Below, in pieces: positions 17,063 to 26,917 of a stretch of 64,000 nt of DNA. How positions within the stretch are numbered: position 1 is the stretch's first letter; every line of letters starts with the position of its first letter. The stretch is from SAR202 cluster bacterium (GTDB taxonomy: Bacteria > Chloroflexota > Dehalococcoidia > Lucifugimonadales > VGZY01), in contig VGZY01000004.1 in NCBI GenBank assembly GCA_016872355.1, positions 15,688 to 79,687 of the forward strand. Direction: 5' to 3'. The position numbers and the translations under genes are program-made. The notes beneath the pieces were generated by a model that was not told the origin of the DNA, made no database searches, and saw only the letters and a list, made by a program, of their open reading frames with translations.

Positions 17063-18462
17063 GGGGGGCCCGCCGGCCCCTTCAGCGTCGGGTACAGCTC
17101 CGGCGGTATCCCCTGTATCTCCTCGATCACCTCTGCAACGACCGATAGTGACCCCGTGGCCAGCACCAGGTCGCCCTTCGATGCGGCCGCCATCGCCAGC
17201 CGCACTCCCGCGCCAACATCGCCCGTCTCCCGCGCCACCGGCAGCCCTGCACCGGCCGCCGCCGCGGCGATGCTGTCCGCCGCGCCCGCCTTCGGGTGCC
17301 GCGAGCGCACAGCGTACACCTGCGCGGGCTCAAGCGCCGCCAGCTCAGCCAGCATGCCATCAAGGCTGTGCCCGGAGATAGCGCCGAAGACGACGTGCAC
17401 CTGCCTGTACTTGAACAGGCCCTTCACCGCCCTGACGAGACGGGCGATCGAGTCCGGGTTGTGCGCGCCGTCCACGACTATCTGGACGGGTCCTTTGGAT
17501 AGAATCTGAAGTCGGCCCGGCCAGTTTACTGTCCGCAATCCCTCCAGGATTGCATCCTTGCTGATGGCATAGCCCTTGTCCGCCAGCGTCTCGGCCACCG
17601 CAATCGCCGTCGCGGCGTTCTCCATCTGGTGCTCGCCCAGGAGCGGCGTGCGCACCTGATAAGTCTCGCGAGCGCTCCTCACTTCGAAGTGCTGGCCGCC
17701 CGCGTCCGATCCTCGCGGCGTCCACGACATCCCGCGCGATACGCTCACCAGCGGCGCGCCGCGCCCGGCCGCCACCTCTTCGAACACGGCCATCGCCTCA
17801 TCAACCTGAGGCGCTACGACCGCCGGCGAGCCCGGCTTGATGATCCCGGCCTTCTCCCGAGCGATCTTCGCAAACGTGTCGCCAAGCACCTGCACGTGGT
17901 CCAGGCTTATCCGCGTTATCGCGCTCACCTCCGGCGACACCACGTTAGTCGCGTCCAGCCGTCCGCCGAGCCCGACCTCTATGACCTGGAAGCCGCAGCC
18001 GGCCTGCTTGAAGTGGAGGAACGACATCAGCGTAAGGATCTCAAAAAAGGATACCCCGCCATAGCCTTGCCGGCCCGCCCATTCGATGTCCGGCCATATC
18101 GCAGCGACCAGGTCGGCGAAGTCCTGCTTCGCGATACTATCGTTGCCGATGCGGATGCGCTCGGTGACGCTGTGCAGGTGGGGTGACGTGTACAGCCCCG
18201 TTTTGTACCCGGCCGCGGTCAGGATGGCCGTCACCATCGCCGACGTGCTGCCCTTCCCTTTCGTCCCCGCGACGTGAACGGTTGGAATTCCCTGGTGAGG
18301 GTTGCCGAGCCTCTCCAGGAGCAGACCCATCCTCTCCAGGTGGAACGTCGAATGGCCCGGGCTGTGCTTCGCCCGCTCAAAGTCCGGCAGGCCCATTATC
18401 AGCCTGAGGGCGCCTTCGTAGTCCAGCAGCGGCCCCGCTCCCGGGGTGTCGGCCGGCATCAA
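17059..18462 (-). CDS. folC: Bifunctional folylpolyglutamate synthase / dihydrofolate synthase
   Basis: 467 aa. Mur-ligase P-loop HVAGTKGKGST and the IVVDGAHNPDS motif. Confidence 0.9.
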   Translation of the reverse strand: MMPADTPGAGPLLDYEGALRLIMGLPDFERAKHSPGHSTFHLERMGLLLERLGNPHQGIPTVHVAGTKGKGSTSAMVTAILTAAGYKTGLYTSPHLHSVTERIRIGNDSIAKQDFADLVAAIWPDIEWAGRQGYGGVSFFEILTLMSFLHFKQAGCGFQVIEVGLGGRLDATNVVSPEVSAITRISLDHVQVLGDTFAKIAREKAGIIKPGSPAVVAPQVDEAMAVFEEVAAGRGAPLVSVSRGMSWTPRGSDAGGQHFEVRSARETYQVRTPLLGEHQMENAATAIAVAETLADKGYAISKDAILEGLRTVNWPGRLQILSKGPVQIVVDGAHNPDSIARLVRAVKGLFKYRQVHVVFGAISGHSLDGMLAELAALEPAQVYAVRSRHPKAGAADSIAAAAAGAGLPVARETGDVGAGVRLAMAAASKGDLVLATGSLSVVAEVIEEIQGIPPELYPTLKGPAGPP

Positions 18463-18540
18463 ATCGTCACCGTCCTGTGTGATAGGCAGGCCTCACGCAA
18501 CCGTACCTTGAAAAGACAAAACATTATCGCACAAGCCGCG

Positions 18541-19494
18541 CTAGTGGTCTCGAATGTGCGCCGGCATGAACCCAAGGTTGATCGAGAGGGCGTCTATTAT
18601 GCCTATCTTGCGGAGGTAGTCGATGTTCCCCTGTATGGGCCGGGGCGTGAATCCGAAGGCCTTTTGCACGGAATCGGGCTCCGCGATGCTGTCCAGATGC
18701 AGCATTTTGAGCTGCTCCGGCGTGACCGGCGGGCTGGGCGTCAGCGCCTCCATCACCGCGGCCGCCGGCTTCATCGCGGCGACGGGCACCCTGACCTTCG
18801 CGTACTTTGCGCCCAGCGTGCGGGCTATGACGTCGACAAGCTCGGCGTACGTGTACCGCTCAGGCCCGCCGATATCGTAGGTCTTCCCTTCGTGGCCCTC
18901 CTGCCGGTATGCCTCCACGAGGCACCTCGCCGCGTCATCCACCGCGATAGGCTGGAATTTCGACTGTCCGTCTCCCACGATCGGCACCACCGGCATCAGC
19001 TTCACCAGCGCCGCGAGCACGTTGAAGAACTCATCGCCCTCCCCGAAGCCGACGGAAAATCTGACAATTGTGTAAGGGACGCCGGAGCGCGCTATCTCCT
19101 GCTCCGCCATCCAGCGGGAATACAGGTACGGGATGGAGGCGTCGGACGTCGCCCCGATTGTGCTTGCATAGATGAACCGCTTCACGCCCGCCGCCTTCGC
19201 GGCCGCCAGCAGGTTGCGGGCACCGCCGTAGTTGACAGACTGGAAGCTCAGCTTCCCCTTCTGCCTGATCACCGCCGCCAGGTGGATCACCGCGTCCGCG
19301 CCCACGCACGCTTTGGCAAGCGACTCCGCGTCTAGCACGTCGCCCTGCGCAAGCTCGATGCCCTCCCGGGGCAGCGCCGCCGTCCTGGATGTGGACCGCA
19401 CCAGCGCGCGCGTAGGAATCCCCAGGGCGTGCAGCTGGCCCACAACGCGCCGCCCCACAAAGCCGGTTGGGCCTGTGACGAGAATCATTTGCAC
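18541..19494 (-). CDS. NAD(P)H-binding atypical SDR (NmrA/NDUFA9-like)
   Basis: 317 aa. ILVTGPTGFVGRRVV Rossmann motif; no classical YxxxK assignment attempted. Confidence 0.7.
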   Translation of the reverse strand: MQMILVTGPTGFVGRRVVGQLHALGIPTRALVRSTSRTAALPREGIELAQGDVLDAESLAKACVGADAVIHLAAVIRQKGKLSFQSVNYGGARNLLAAAKAAGVKRFIYASTIGATSDASIPYLYSRWMAEQEIARSGVPYTIVRFSVGFGEGDEFFNVLAALVKLMPVVPIVGDGQSKFQPIAVDDAARCLVEAYRQEGHEGKTYDIGGPERYTYAELVDVIARTLGAKYAKVRVPVAAMKPAAAVMEALTPSPPVTPEQLKMLHLDSIAEPDSVQKAFGFTPRPIQGNIDYLRKIGIIDALSINLGFMPAHIRDH

Positions 19495-19624
19495 CCTCCG
19501 TTGACCCGCCTGCGATTGAGCGTAACAACACGCGAATATGGTGTCAATTCAGCCCGCGGTTGCGCCACGGGAAACCTGGTGCTACCTTATCGCTCAACCG
19601 CGAGTTATCGGAGGCGAGGTCAAA

Positions 19625-20489
19625 ATGCGCAACGTGCTGGCGCTACTTGTGATTCTGGTCTTGCTCACCGGGTGCGAGCCCAAAGACAAGACGCTGGTCC
19701 TCGCCACGACCACGAGCACCGCCGATTCGGGACTGCTGGACGCCATCATTCCGGCGTTTGAGAAGGCGGAGTGCGTCACTGTCCAGGTGCTGGCCGTCGG
19801 CACAGGGGAGGCCATATCCATTGGCGAGCGCGGCGACGCCGATGTCCTTCTGGTCCACGACCGCGCCCGCGAGGACAAGTTCATGGCGGATGGCTTCGGC
19901 TCGGAGCGGCGCGATGTGATGTACAACGACTTTGTGCTGGTGGGCCCGCTGGACGACCCCGCCGGCGTGGCTTCCCTGGCGAGCGCGCCGGAGGCGTTTG
20001 CGCAGCTTACCCGCTCTGCCCGGCCGAGTATCAGGTTCGTTTCCAGGGGAGACCGCTCCGGCACCCACAGCAAGGACGCTGCGCATCTGGGCGGCCGCGG
20101 GCGTCAAGCCTGAGGACCTGCCCGGCAGCCTGTACCAGACAAGCGGCCAGGGCATGGGCGAAACGCTGATCATGGCGGGAGAGATGCAGGCCTACACCCT
20201 CGCGGACCGCGGCACCTTTCTCTCAATGTCCGAGCGCTTGCCCCTGAAGGTCCTCTCCCAGGGCGACCCTTCGCTGCTCAACCCGTACGGCGTCATCACT
20301 GTCAGCAAGGAGCGCCACCCGCACGTGAATGCCGACCTCGCGAAACCGTTCGTTGAATACCTCACCCGCTACGACACCCAGCATGTCATCGGCGGGTTCG
20401 GCGTGGACAGGTTCGGGGAGCCGCTGTTCTTCCCGGACAGCGAGGCATGGAGGGTCCGCAATCCGGCGCCGTCGGGCGCATCGAGATGA
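19625..20489 (+). pseudogene. tupA: TupA-like tungstate/oxyanion ABC substrate-binding lipoprotein, frameshifted
   Basis: From ATG 19625 (GGAGG upstream): MRNVLALLVILVLLTGC lipobox, LATTTSTADSGLLD, ..RFVSRGDRSGTHSKDAA. The frame then breaks near 20081-20087 (gct gcg C atc tgg). The rest (IWAAAGVKPE..QTSGQGMGETL..NPYGVITV..) continues in the +1 frame to 20489. Confidence 0.8.
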
Positions 20490-21148
20490 GCGATATCGAC
20501 GGCGCCGAGCTGGCGCGCATTGTCGCCCTCTCGCTCACGGTGTCCGGCTTCGCGCTCGCCATCAGCAGCCTGATCGGCATCCCCCTGGGCGTATGGCTCG
20601 CCATGCGGCGCTTCTGGGGCAAGCGGCTCATAGTCGCCAGCCTGTACGCCGGTATGGGCTTCCCGCCGGTGGTCATCGGCCTCCTCGTCTACCTCCTCCT
20701 CTCGCGCCAAGGGCCGCTCGGCGGCCTAGGCTGGCTCTACGCTCCTAAAGCGATGGTCGCGGCCCAGGTGATCATCTCCCTCCCCGTCGTTGCCAGCTTT
20801 ACGATGGTCGCCGTCTCTGGGGTCAGCGCCGGGGTACGCAGGCAGGCGCTCACGCTGGGCGCAACCGAGATGCAAGCCGCGCTGGCTGTCCTCCGGGAGG
20901 CCAGGCTGGGGGTGGTTGTGGCGGTCGTCGGCGGCTTCGGCAGCATCATCTCGGAGGTCGGGGCGGTCATGATCGTCGGCGGCAACCTGAAGGGCTCCAC
21001 GCAGGTGCTCACGACGGCCATCGTCCAGTTCACCCGCATGGGCCTGTTCGCCGAGGCGCTCCTGCTGGGCGGAGTCCTTCTCGGGATGGCCTTTCTCATT
21101 AACGTCGCCTGGCTCTTCCTCCAGGGCAGGAGACTGGCGGGCGAATGA
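20486..21148 (+). CDS. tupB: ABC transporter permease (TupB-like)
   Basis: 220 aa from MSDIDGAELARIVALSLTVSG.... Its ATG overlaps the tupA stop (ATGA). Motifs MGFPPVVIGLLVYLLLSRQGPLG. Confidence 0.8.
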   Translation: MSDIDGAELARIVALSLTVSGFALAISSLIGIPLGVWLAMRRFWGKRLIVASLYAGMGFPPVVIGLLVYLLLSRQGPLGGLGWLYAPKAMVAAQVIISLPVVASFTMVAVSGVSAGVRRQALTLGATEMQAALAVLREARLGVVVAVVGGFGSIISEVGAVMIVGGNLKGSTQVLTTAIVQFTRMGLFAEALLLGGVLLGMAFLINVAWLFLQGRRLAGE

Positions 21149-21876
21149 GTGAGCCGGCGTACGTCCTCCAGGGTATTTCAAAACAGTTCCATGGCAGGGA
21201 GGTCTGCCGGGTGCCGGAGCTGGTCGTGCCCTCCGGCTCTCTCACTGTAATCATGGGACACAACGGCGCCGGCAAGAGCACCTTGCTGCGGATGCTGGGC
21301 TTCCTGGAAAGGCCTGACGAAGGGGCGCTGAGCTTCTGCGGCAGCCCGGTGGACTATCGACGAAGCGTGGACATCCATCACCGCCGCGCAGTCACGATGG
21401 TCTTCCAGAGCCCGATCTTCTTCTCCGGGACTGCGCTTTCCAACGTGGAGTACGGGCTGAAGCTGCGCGGGCAGAACGCTGCTTCAGCCGAGGCAATGCG
21501 CGCGCTGGAGGCGGCTGGACTGGCGGGCATGGCTTCCGCCCGCGCCGCAACAATGTCCGCCGGTGAGCAGCAGCGGGTGGCTCTCGCCAGGGCGCTGGCC
21601 ATACTGCCTGCCGTGCTTCTGCTGGACGAGCCCACGGCAAACCTGGACCCGCAAAACACCGCCATGGTCGAGCGCATTGTGGCGCGGCTGAACCGGGAGG
21701 ACGGCACGACGGTGGTGCTGGTCACGCAGAACGTCTTCCAGGCGCGGCGGCTGGCGACTCACGCCGGCGTGATGCTATACGGCGCGCTGGCCGAGTCCGG
21801 GCCGGCCCAGGAGGTGCTGAACGCCCCTCGCGACGGCAGGGTACGGGCGTTCCTCGCCGGCGAGGCGGAGTTCTAG
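21145..21876 (+). CDS. tupC: ABC transporter ATP-binding protein (TupC-like)
   Basis: 243 aa. Walker A GHNGAGKST, signature MSAGEQQRVALARAL, Walker B LLLDEPT. The start overlaps the tupB stop. Confidence 0.9.
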   Translation: MSEPAYVLQGISKQFHGREVCRVPELVVPSGSLTVIMGHNGAGKSTLLRMLGFLERPDEGALSFCGSPVDYRRSVDIHHRRAVTMVFQSPIFFSGTALSNVEYGLKLRGQNAASAEAMRALEAAGLAGMASARAATMSAGEQQRVALARALAILPAVLLLDEPTANLDPQNTAMVERIVARLNREDGTTVVLVTQNVFQARRLATHAGVMLYGALAESGPAQEVLNAPRDGRVRAFLAGEAEF

Positions 21877-21878
21877 CC

Positions 21879-23339
21879 TCACTCCCACCACATTGAGAAG
21901 ATCTCGGCGTTCGTCATCTTGATGCGTACCTCCACCGGCGTGCCCGCCAGCCCCGCCAGCGGCCACCCGCCCTCCCACACCACCGTGTGGTCCAGCGAGC
22001 TCTGCCTCAGCGGCACGCAGTGCCCGGCCTCGAAGCCGCCTATCGGAGCGCCGCGCTCGCCCGCGAGCTCCACCACAACCTCGCCCCCCGTTGCGTCCGC
22101 ATTGATGTGAAAGGTCTTCCCCTGGATGGGCTGCCGGACGACGACCTCCCCGCCCGGGTTGCCGGCGCGTAGCCCCACCATGCGGTCGCGCGGCCACGTC
22201 GCCATGCCGATCGCCTGCCACGTTTCGTTATTGCGCTTCCCCTTGTCGCCGTGCCGGTATCGCGAGTCGGTGAAGTAGATGCGGACCACGTCGCCGTCCA
22301 CCACCAGCGAGTTGCCGGTCTGGATAATGCCGCCGTCCCAATCGCCCTCTTTGCCAAGCTGGATAGCCGCCGTGCGGTCCCCCACGCGCTGCCATTTGCC
22401 GCCTTCTCGCATCACCGCAAGCTGCACGTCCAGGAAGCCGTCCGTGGACTTTGCACCGTCGTAGCACCGGAATATCTCCAGCAGGCCGAGCACAACGGAC
22501 TCGTACCTAACCATCGGCATGCCTTAGAACTGCGTGAACCGGTCCGGGTGGCCCTCCGTCCACGCGGCGTCTTCAGCATCGTGAAGGAACGGCGGCCTGG
22601 GCAGGGTCCAGTTGTAGAGGTCGGCGCCGACGGTGTACATCGGCGTCCGGCGCGACCTGCCTCTCACGTGGAGGAAGGTCTTGACCGTGCCGCGGAACTT
22701 GTTGGCAACGTCGTCGTACATGAACCACGTGACGTCTCCCCATCCGGGGATGACCGGCTCATCAGGGCCGTCCACCCAGTCGGTGCCGTCGCGGGAGAAT
22801 GCGACGCTCGATCCCTCGCAAGTGTTCACGCCGCGGCCGTAGGTGCGGGACATCATCGTGAACCGGCGGTCTTCGCCCAGGAGCGGCGTGTACATCACGC
22901 TCTGGTTGTGGTCCCAGCGCCCGCCCATCGGCCCCCGAAAGCCGGACCGCCGGGCGAACATGTTGGCGTACAGGTTGTTCGCCGCGCTGCCATTGAACTC
23001 CCACTGCCCCAGCTCAGGGCGCGTCCAGTGAACGCCGTCCTTGCTCTCCGCGTACAGGTTCACAATTCCGCCGGTGTCGCGCGCGCCTTCGGGCGCCTTG
23101 ATCTGCCCCTGGTACCACATCCGCAGCCCCTCCGGCCCCTTGAGAACGGAGCCGCCCAGCAGCACGCGCTGGTCCTCCCACGGCATCTCAGCGCTCAGCA
23201 CAGGGTTCCCCTCGTGCTTCGTCGCCGGGTGTATCGCGCGGATGATCCCGAGACTGGAGGAGATATCTCCGTCATCGACAAAAAGCGTGGGGATAGGGAG
23301 GTCGAAGCGGTCGTAGTTGTTGGACGTGGCGGACGGCAC
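21879..23339 (-). pseudogene. Beta-propeller glycoside-hydrolase-like protein with C-terminal beta-sandwich, split by one in-frame TAA
   Basis: The 271-aa ORF (..HEGNPVLSAEMPWEDQRVLLGGSVLKGPEGLRMWYQG..) ends ..HPDRFTQF with TAA at 22524-22526. One codon later the 213-aa ORF (GMPMVRYESVVLGLLEIF...) continues in the same frame. The family assignment (GH43/32/130-clan-like) is approximate. Confidence 0.65.
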
Positions 23340-23421
23340 GGCGCGCCTCCTGGGGTCCGGATGCGCCTATGATACTACCGGGGTTGCACAGGGGCGAGTG
23401 GTGGATGGAGCGTCCCGGCCG

Positions 23422-24090
23422 CTAGGTGCCCACCTTCGGTCCCGCCGGCGCGCCGTTCTGCGCCGAGGAGCTTCCCTGCCCGGCCTGCCCGTCCCGCAGC
23501 TTCTCCCACTCCCAGCGGAAAATCTCCATCTTGATGAAGTCGAACCCGCTCCGGTGTACCGCCTGTATCTCCTTGAAGCCGGACTTGGCGAAGGAGCGCC
23601 GCGCCCTGTGGTTCCACTCCAGCGTGTGAAGGTAGACGCGGTTCAGCGGCGTGGTGGTGAAGATGTAGTCCAGGAGCAGGTCGACCGCCTCCGTTCCGTA
23701 GCCCCGGCCCTGGTAATCGCGGTCCCCGATCATGATCCCGAGCTCAACTTCGCCACGCTTGAGGCTGATGTCGTAGTACATGCAGTTGCCGATGTGCTTG
23801 CCTTCCACCGTGTCGATCGCAAACCGGCGCGAGGACTGGCTGGCATACATCATCTCTTCCTTCGTGTAACGAAGGAAGGCGGCGTACGACATACTTATCG
23901 GCTGCGTGGCGTCCAGCCGGGAGATCTCCTCGTCGGTGCGCCAGGCGTAGTCCTCCACGGCGTCCCTGAGCGCCTTCTCCCTGAGAAGCACCCGCTCGCC
24001 CCTTATAGCCAAAGCGCCATTGGCCTCTCCGGGCTCATCGGACCTATTTCGCAACCATGGAAAGGCCTTTTTCAGCAATCCGGGCCTCAT
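23422..24090 (-). CDS. GNAT-family N-acetyltransferase (RimJ/RimL-like)
   Basis: 222-aa ORF with the acetyl-CoA binding region [16 protein letters not shown] and [13 protein letters not shown]. The 5' end overlaps the NUDIX gene by 47 nt, so the true start may be later. Confidence 0.7.
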   Translation of the reverse strand: MRPGLLKKAFPWLRNRSDEPGEANGALAIRGERVLLREKALRDAVEDYAWRTDEEISRLDATQPISMSYAAFLRYTKEEMMYASQSSRRFAIDTVEGKHIGNCMYYDISLKRGEVELGIMIGDRDYQGRGYGTEAVDLLLDYIFTTTPLNRVYLHTLEWNHRARRSFAKSGFKEIQAVHRSGFDFIKMEIFRWEWEKLRDGQAGQGSSSAQNGAPAGPKVGT

Positions 24091-24481
24091 TTCCGTAAGT
24101 CAACAGCTTGAGCGCCTCGTCGACGGGGAACCAGCGGACATCATCGAACTCGTGGTCGTGCAGGGACACGTCGCCCCCGGTCGGCGACATCAGGTAAAAG
24201 AGCACGGTCTTGTGGCAACGGGCCTTGTCGAAGGGGCGGACGAACCAGTACTCCACCTTATCGATAAAGCATTCCAGGTGGACGTCCAGCCCGGTCTCCT
24301 CCCGGACCTCGCGCACCGCCGTCTGCTCGCGGGTCTCACCCGCATCCGGCGTGCCCTTCGGCAGCGCCCACAGCACCGGCGATTTTCGCCCGCAAAGTAC
24401 TATTTCCCTTTCATTGCCTCCATCTCTGTATACAACTCCACCGGCAGACAAAAGGTGTTCAACGGGTTGGTCTTGGCTCAT
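24044..24481 (-). CDS. NUDIX hydrolase
   Basis: 145 aa. Nudix box [23 protein letters not shown]. Confidence 0.85.
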   Translation of the reverse strand: MSQDQPVEHLLSAGGVVYRDGGNEREIVLCGRKSPVLWALPKGTPDAGETREQTAVREVREETGLDVHLECFIDKVEYWFVRPFDKARCHKTVLFYLMSPTGGDVSLHDHEFDDVRWFPVDEALKLLTYGNEARIAEKGLSMVAK

Positions 24482-24604
24482 TTTTCAGTTCGTTAGGGTA
24501 TTAGCCCCATTCTATTTCCAGCAACGAAGAGCGTCAACCGGAGAGCATGCGCTGTTGCCGGCTGTTCCGGGCCCCCCCGCCGGCGAAATTGCACAAATCG
24601 AGAA

Positions 24605-24632
24605 TTGACGCGCCCGCGGCGATCGTTATGAT
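24605..24632 (+). promoter_or_regulatory. Sigma70-like promoter
   Basis: TTGACG (24605-24610), 16-nt spacer, TATGAT (24627-24632). AGGAGGAG precedes the GTG start at 24675. Confidence 0.5.
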
Positions 24633-24674
24633 TGGCAGTGACAGAAGTCAGAGAACGACCCCCAGGAGGAGACC

Positions 24675-25007
24675 GTGTACGGCACAATCTTCAAGATGAA
24701 GGTCAAGAAGGGCCACGAGCAGCAGGTCATGGATATTACGAAGCAATGGGACGAGCAGAGGACCCCGAAGGCGAAGGGCGTCATTGGCGAGTACGTTATG
24801 AAGCCCGATAGCGGCCCGGCCAACGAGTATATTGTCGTAGTCATATTCTCGGACCAGGCAGCCTACCGCGCGCTCGCCGCGGATCCGGAGCAGGACCGCT
24901 GGTACCGCAAGCTCCGCGAGCACCTGGAAACCGACCCGGAGTGGCAGGACGGCGAGTACATCGCCGCCAGCCTGCCGAAGCAGGCCGCGGGAGCGAAGGG
25001 CAAGTAG
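24675..25007 (+). CDS. Small ABM/Dabb-like (ferredoxin-fold monooxygenase-like) protein
   Basis: 110 aa with a GTG start and strong RBS. The pattern ..YIVVVIFSDQAAYRALAADPEQDRWY.. resembles ABM domains; weak call. Confidence 0.45.
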   Translation: MYGTIFKMKVKKGHEQQVMDITKQWDEQRTPKAKGVIGEYVMKPDSGPANEYIVVVIFSDQAAYRALAADPEQDRWYRKLREHLETDPEWQDGEYIAASLPKQAAGAKGK

Positions 25008-25058
25008 CTGCGTTTGGCCGGGCCGGATGCCATGTCATTCATCCGGCCCGGCCGGCAT

Positions 25059-26063
25059 CTACTTCCCTCGCCAGATCCTGTCCCCCTCCTCCGCAATCGC
25101 CGCGCCCTTTGCGCGCTCCTCCGCCGTCAGCGGTGGAACACTCGCCGCGCCCGCGTTCTCCTCAAGCTCGGCCACTCGGAGCGCGCCGGGGATAACCGCC
25201 GTCACGCCCGGCGTATCGATGATGAACCGCAGCGCGGCCTGCGCCACGGTACGCTTGCCGCCGGTAGCCAGGAAGTGCAGCTCGCTGAACTTCCTGAACG
25301 CCGTCTCGGTCCTGGCGCGGTCGCCGTAGAAGGCGCGGTAGCGCGTGTCCAGGGGGTCCAGCTCCGGCAGCTTGTCGAACCAGTGGCCGGAGAGCACGCC
25401 GGAGGCGAGCGGCGACGCTATCATCGTGCCGATGTTGTTATCCCTGGCGAACTGCAGCATCGCCTCCGAGCCCCGGTGCACCATGTTGTAGCCAACCACC
25501 ATGCCGGCCACCTCGCCGAAGTTCATCGCCTTCTTGAGGCCTTCAATGCCGTCGATGGCTGTGGTGGAGACCCCTGACCAGCGTATCTTCCCCTCGCGCT
25601 TGAGCTGGGTGAGGGTCTCCATCGCCGCCTGCAGCGTCTCCGGGTGCGGCCGCGAGTGGAGCATGTAAAGGTCGATGTAGTCGGACTGCAGCCGCCGCAG
25701 TGAGCCTTCGCACGCCTCAATGATGCGCTTGCGGGTGTGGGGGATGTCGGCCTCATCCGTATAGAACCCGCGCACCTTCGTTGAGATCACCCATTTATCG
25801 CGTCGGCCCCGCGTCGCCAGGCCGACTATCGACTCCGCATGGCCGCCGCCGTAGATTTTCGAGCTATGCAGCAGGTTGACTCCCAGCTCCTCGGCGCGGC
25901 GTATCGTCCTGATCGACTCCTCGTCCACCGCCCCCGCCCACCCCTTGGGGATGCGCTTCACACTCTCGCCGATCACCCCGCCGATTAGCTCCCCGATGGG
26001 CCAGCTCCCTAGCCCTATCGCCGAGACCTTGATGCCGGTCTTGCCCAGTATTCGGTACTCCAT
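25059..26063 (-). CDS. Aldo/keto reductase
   Basis: 334 aa from MEYRILGKTGIKVSAIGLGSW, with later YIDLYMLHSRP and GVSTT motifs. Confidence 0.85.
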   Translation of the reverse strand: MEYRILGKTGIKVSAIGLGSWPIGELIGGVIGESVKRIPKGWAGAVDEESIRTIRRAEELGVNLLHSSKIYGGGHAESIVGLATRGRRDKWVISTKVRGFYTDEADIPHTRKRIIEACEGSLRRLQSDYIDLYMLHSRPHPETLQAAMETLTQLKREGKIRWSGVSTTAIDGIEGLKKAMNFGEVAGMVVGYNMVHRGSEAMLQFARDNNIGTMIASPLASGVLSGHWFDKLPELDPLDTRYRAFYGDRARTETAFRKFSELHFLATGGKRTVAQAALRFIIDTPGVTAVIPGALRVAELEENAGAASVPPLTAEERAKGAAIAEEGDRIWRGK

Positions 26064-26146
26064 GCGGCCTCCGTAACGACTTCCGAATCGCATCCCCTCC
26101 CGACCGGCTGCAATCATGGCACAGTCGGCACCGATTGTGAAGTCGC

Positions 26147-26614
26147 ATGTGTGTAGTTCCGGGCATCCTCGACCACTACGTCCAAAATGGTCGCTTTGTG
26201 CAACGTGGCACGTCGGACCGGCACGATACGCTCTACGTAAACATCGCAGCCAGATTAGCGCGGACGGTAGAGGGGGTGGAAGTAATTTCCCCAGGGGCCA
26301 GGGTGACCCCAGGCTCGCTCGGCTTCAACGACAGGTTCGCCGTGCATGACCCGATGATCGTCGGCAACTACCTGTACAGCATCTGGACGAACGGCCTGCA
26401 GGTGTTCGAGATATCCGACCCGTCCAGACCGGTGCTCGCAGGCTCTCACGTCACAGACCTGTCGGTAACTGACTATAAGCTCATGGGCGGCTGGGGCGTC
26501 TACGTCCTGGACGGCCCCGACAAGGCGGTGGTGAGCGACTGGAATAAGGGCCTCTTCGTATTCGACACCACGCCCTCCAGCGCGCGCAGCAGCAAGAGCA
26601 CGGTAGCGCCGTAA
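26147..26614 (+). CDS. LVIVD-repeat-like fragment (possible remnant of a larger beta-propeller gene)
   Basis: 155-aa ORF. GNYLYSIWTNGLQVFEISDPSRPVLAG and WNKGLFVFDTTP resemble LVIVD repeats. Only about 2 blades are present, and there is no room upstream for the rest. Confidence 0.35.
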   Translation: MCVVPGILDHYVQNGRFVQRGTSDRHDTLYVNIAARLARTVEGVEVISPGARVTPGSLGFNDRFAVHDPMIVGNYLYSIWTNGLQVFEISDPSRPVLAGSHVTDLSVTDYKLMGGWGVYVLDGPDKAVVSDWNKGLFVFDTTPSSARSSKSTVAP

Positions 26615-26691
26615 AGTGGTATACGGGCGCATGCGCCGGCTCGTAGTTTGAGAAGGCAGTTGCGGTGGTATTGTCACGCGTGGGCGAGGCC

Positions 26692-26743
26692 CACCCTCAC
26701 CCTTTGCCCAGAGCGGCAAAGGCCTCTCCCTCAATGGAGAGGA
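26692..26743. repeat. Double-hairpin repeat module, reverse orientation
   Basis: CCCTCAC, CCTTTGCCCAGAGCGGCAAAGG, CCTCTCCC-TCAAT-GGAGAGG is the reverse complement of the module at 3489-3613 and 54572-54623. Confidence 0.9.
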
Positions 26744-26917
26744 GGTATGCGGCGCCATCCCGTAACCATTGTGCCCGGTTTGCACCCTCTTGTTTTCTCC
26801 CCCTCGACTCGGGAGATGTCGCAGCTCCGGGCGACAGAGAGGGTGGCCGGGGTGGCGCGGCGCCGGGATCCTCGCCCTGTGCCCTCGTAGTGGCGGGCTC
26901 TGCCCGCCTCCGATGGT

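Noticed and set aside
19495-19624. Possible Moco/tungsten-cofactor riboswitch upstream of tupA
   Set aside because: I could not recognise the conserved Moco-motif core by eye. It is not called; a covariance-model scan would settle it.
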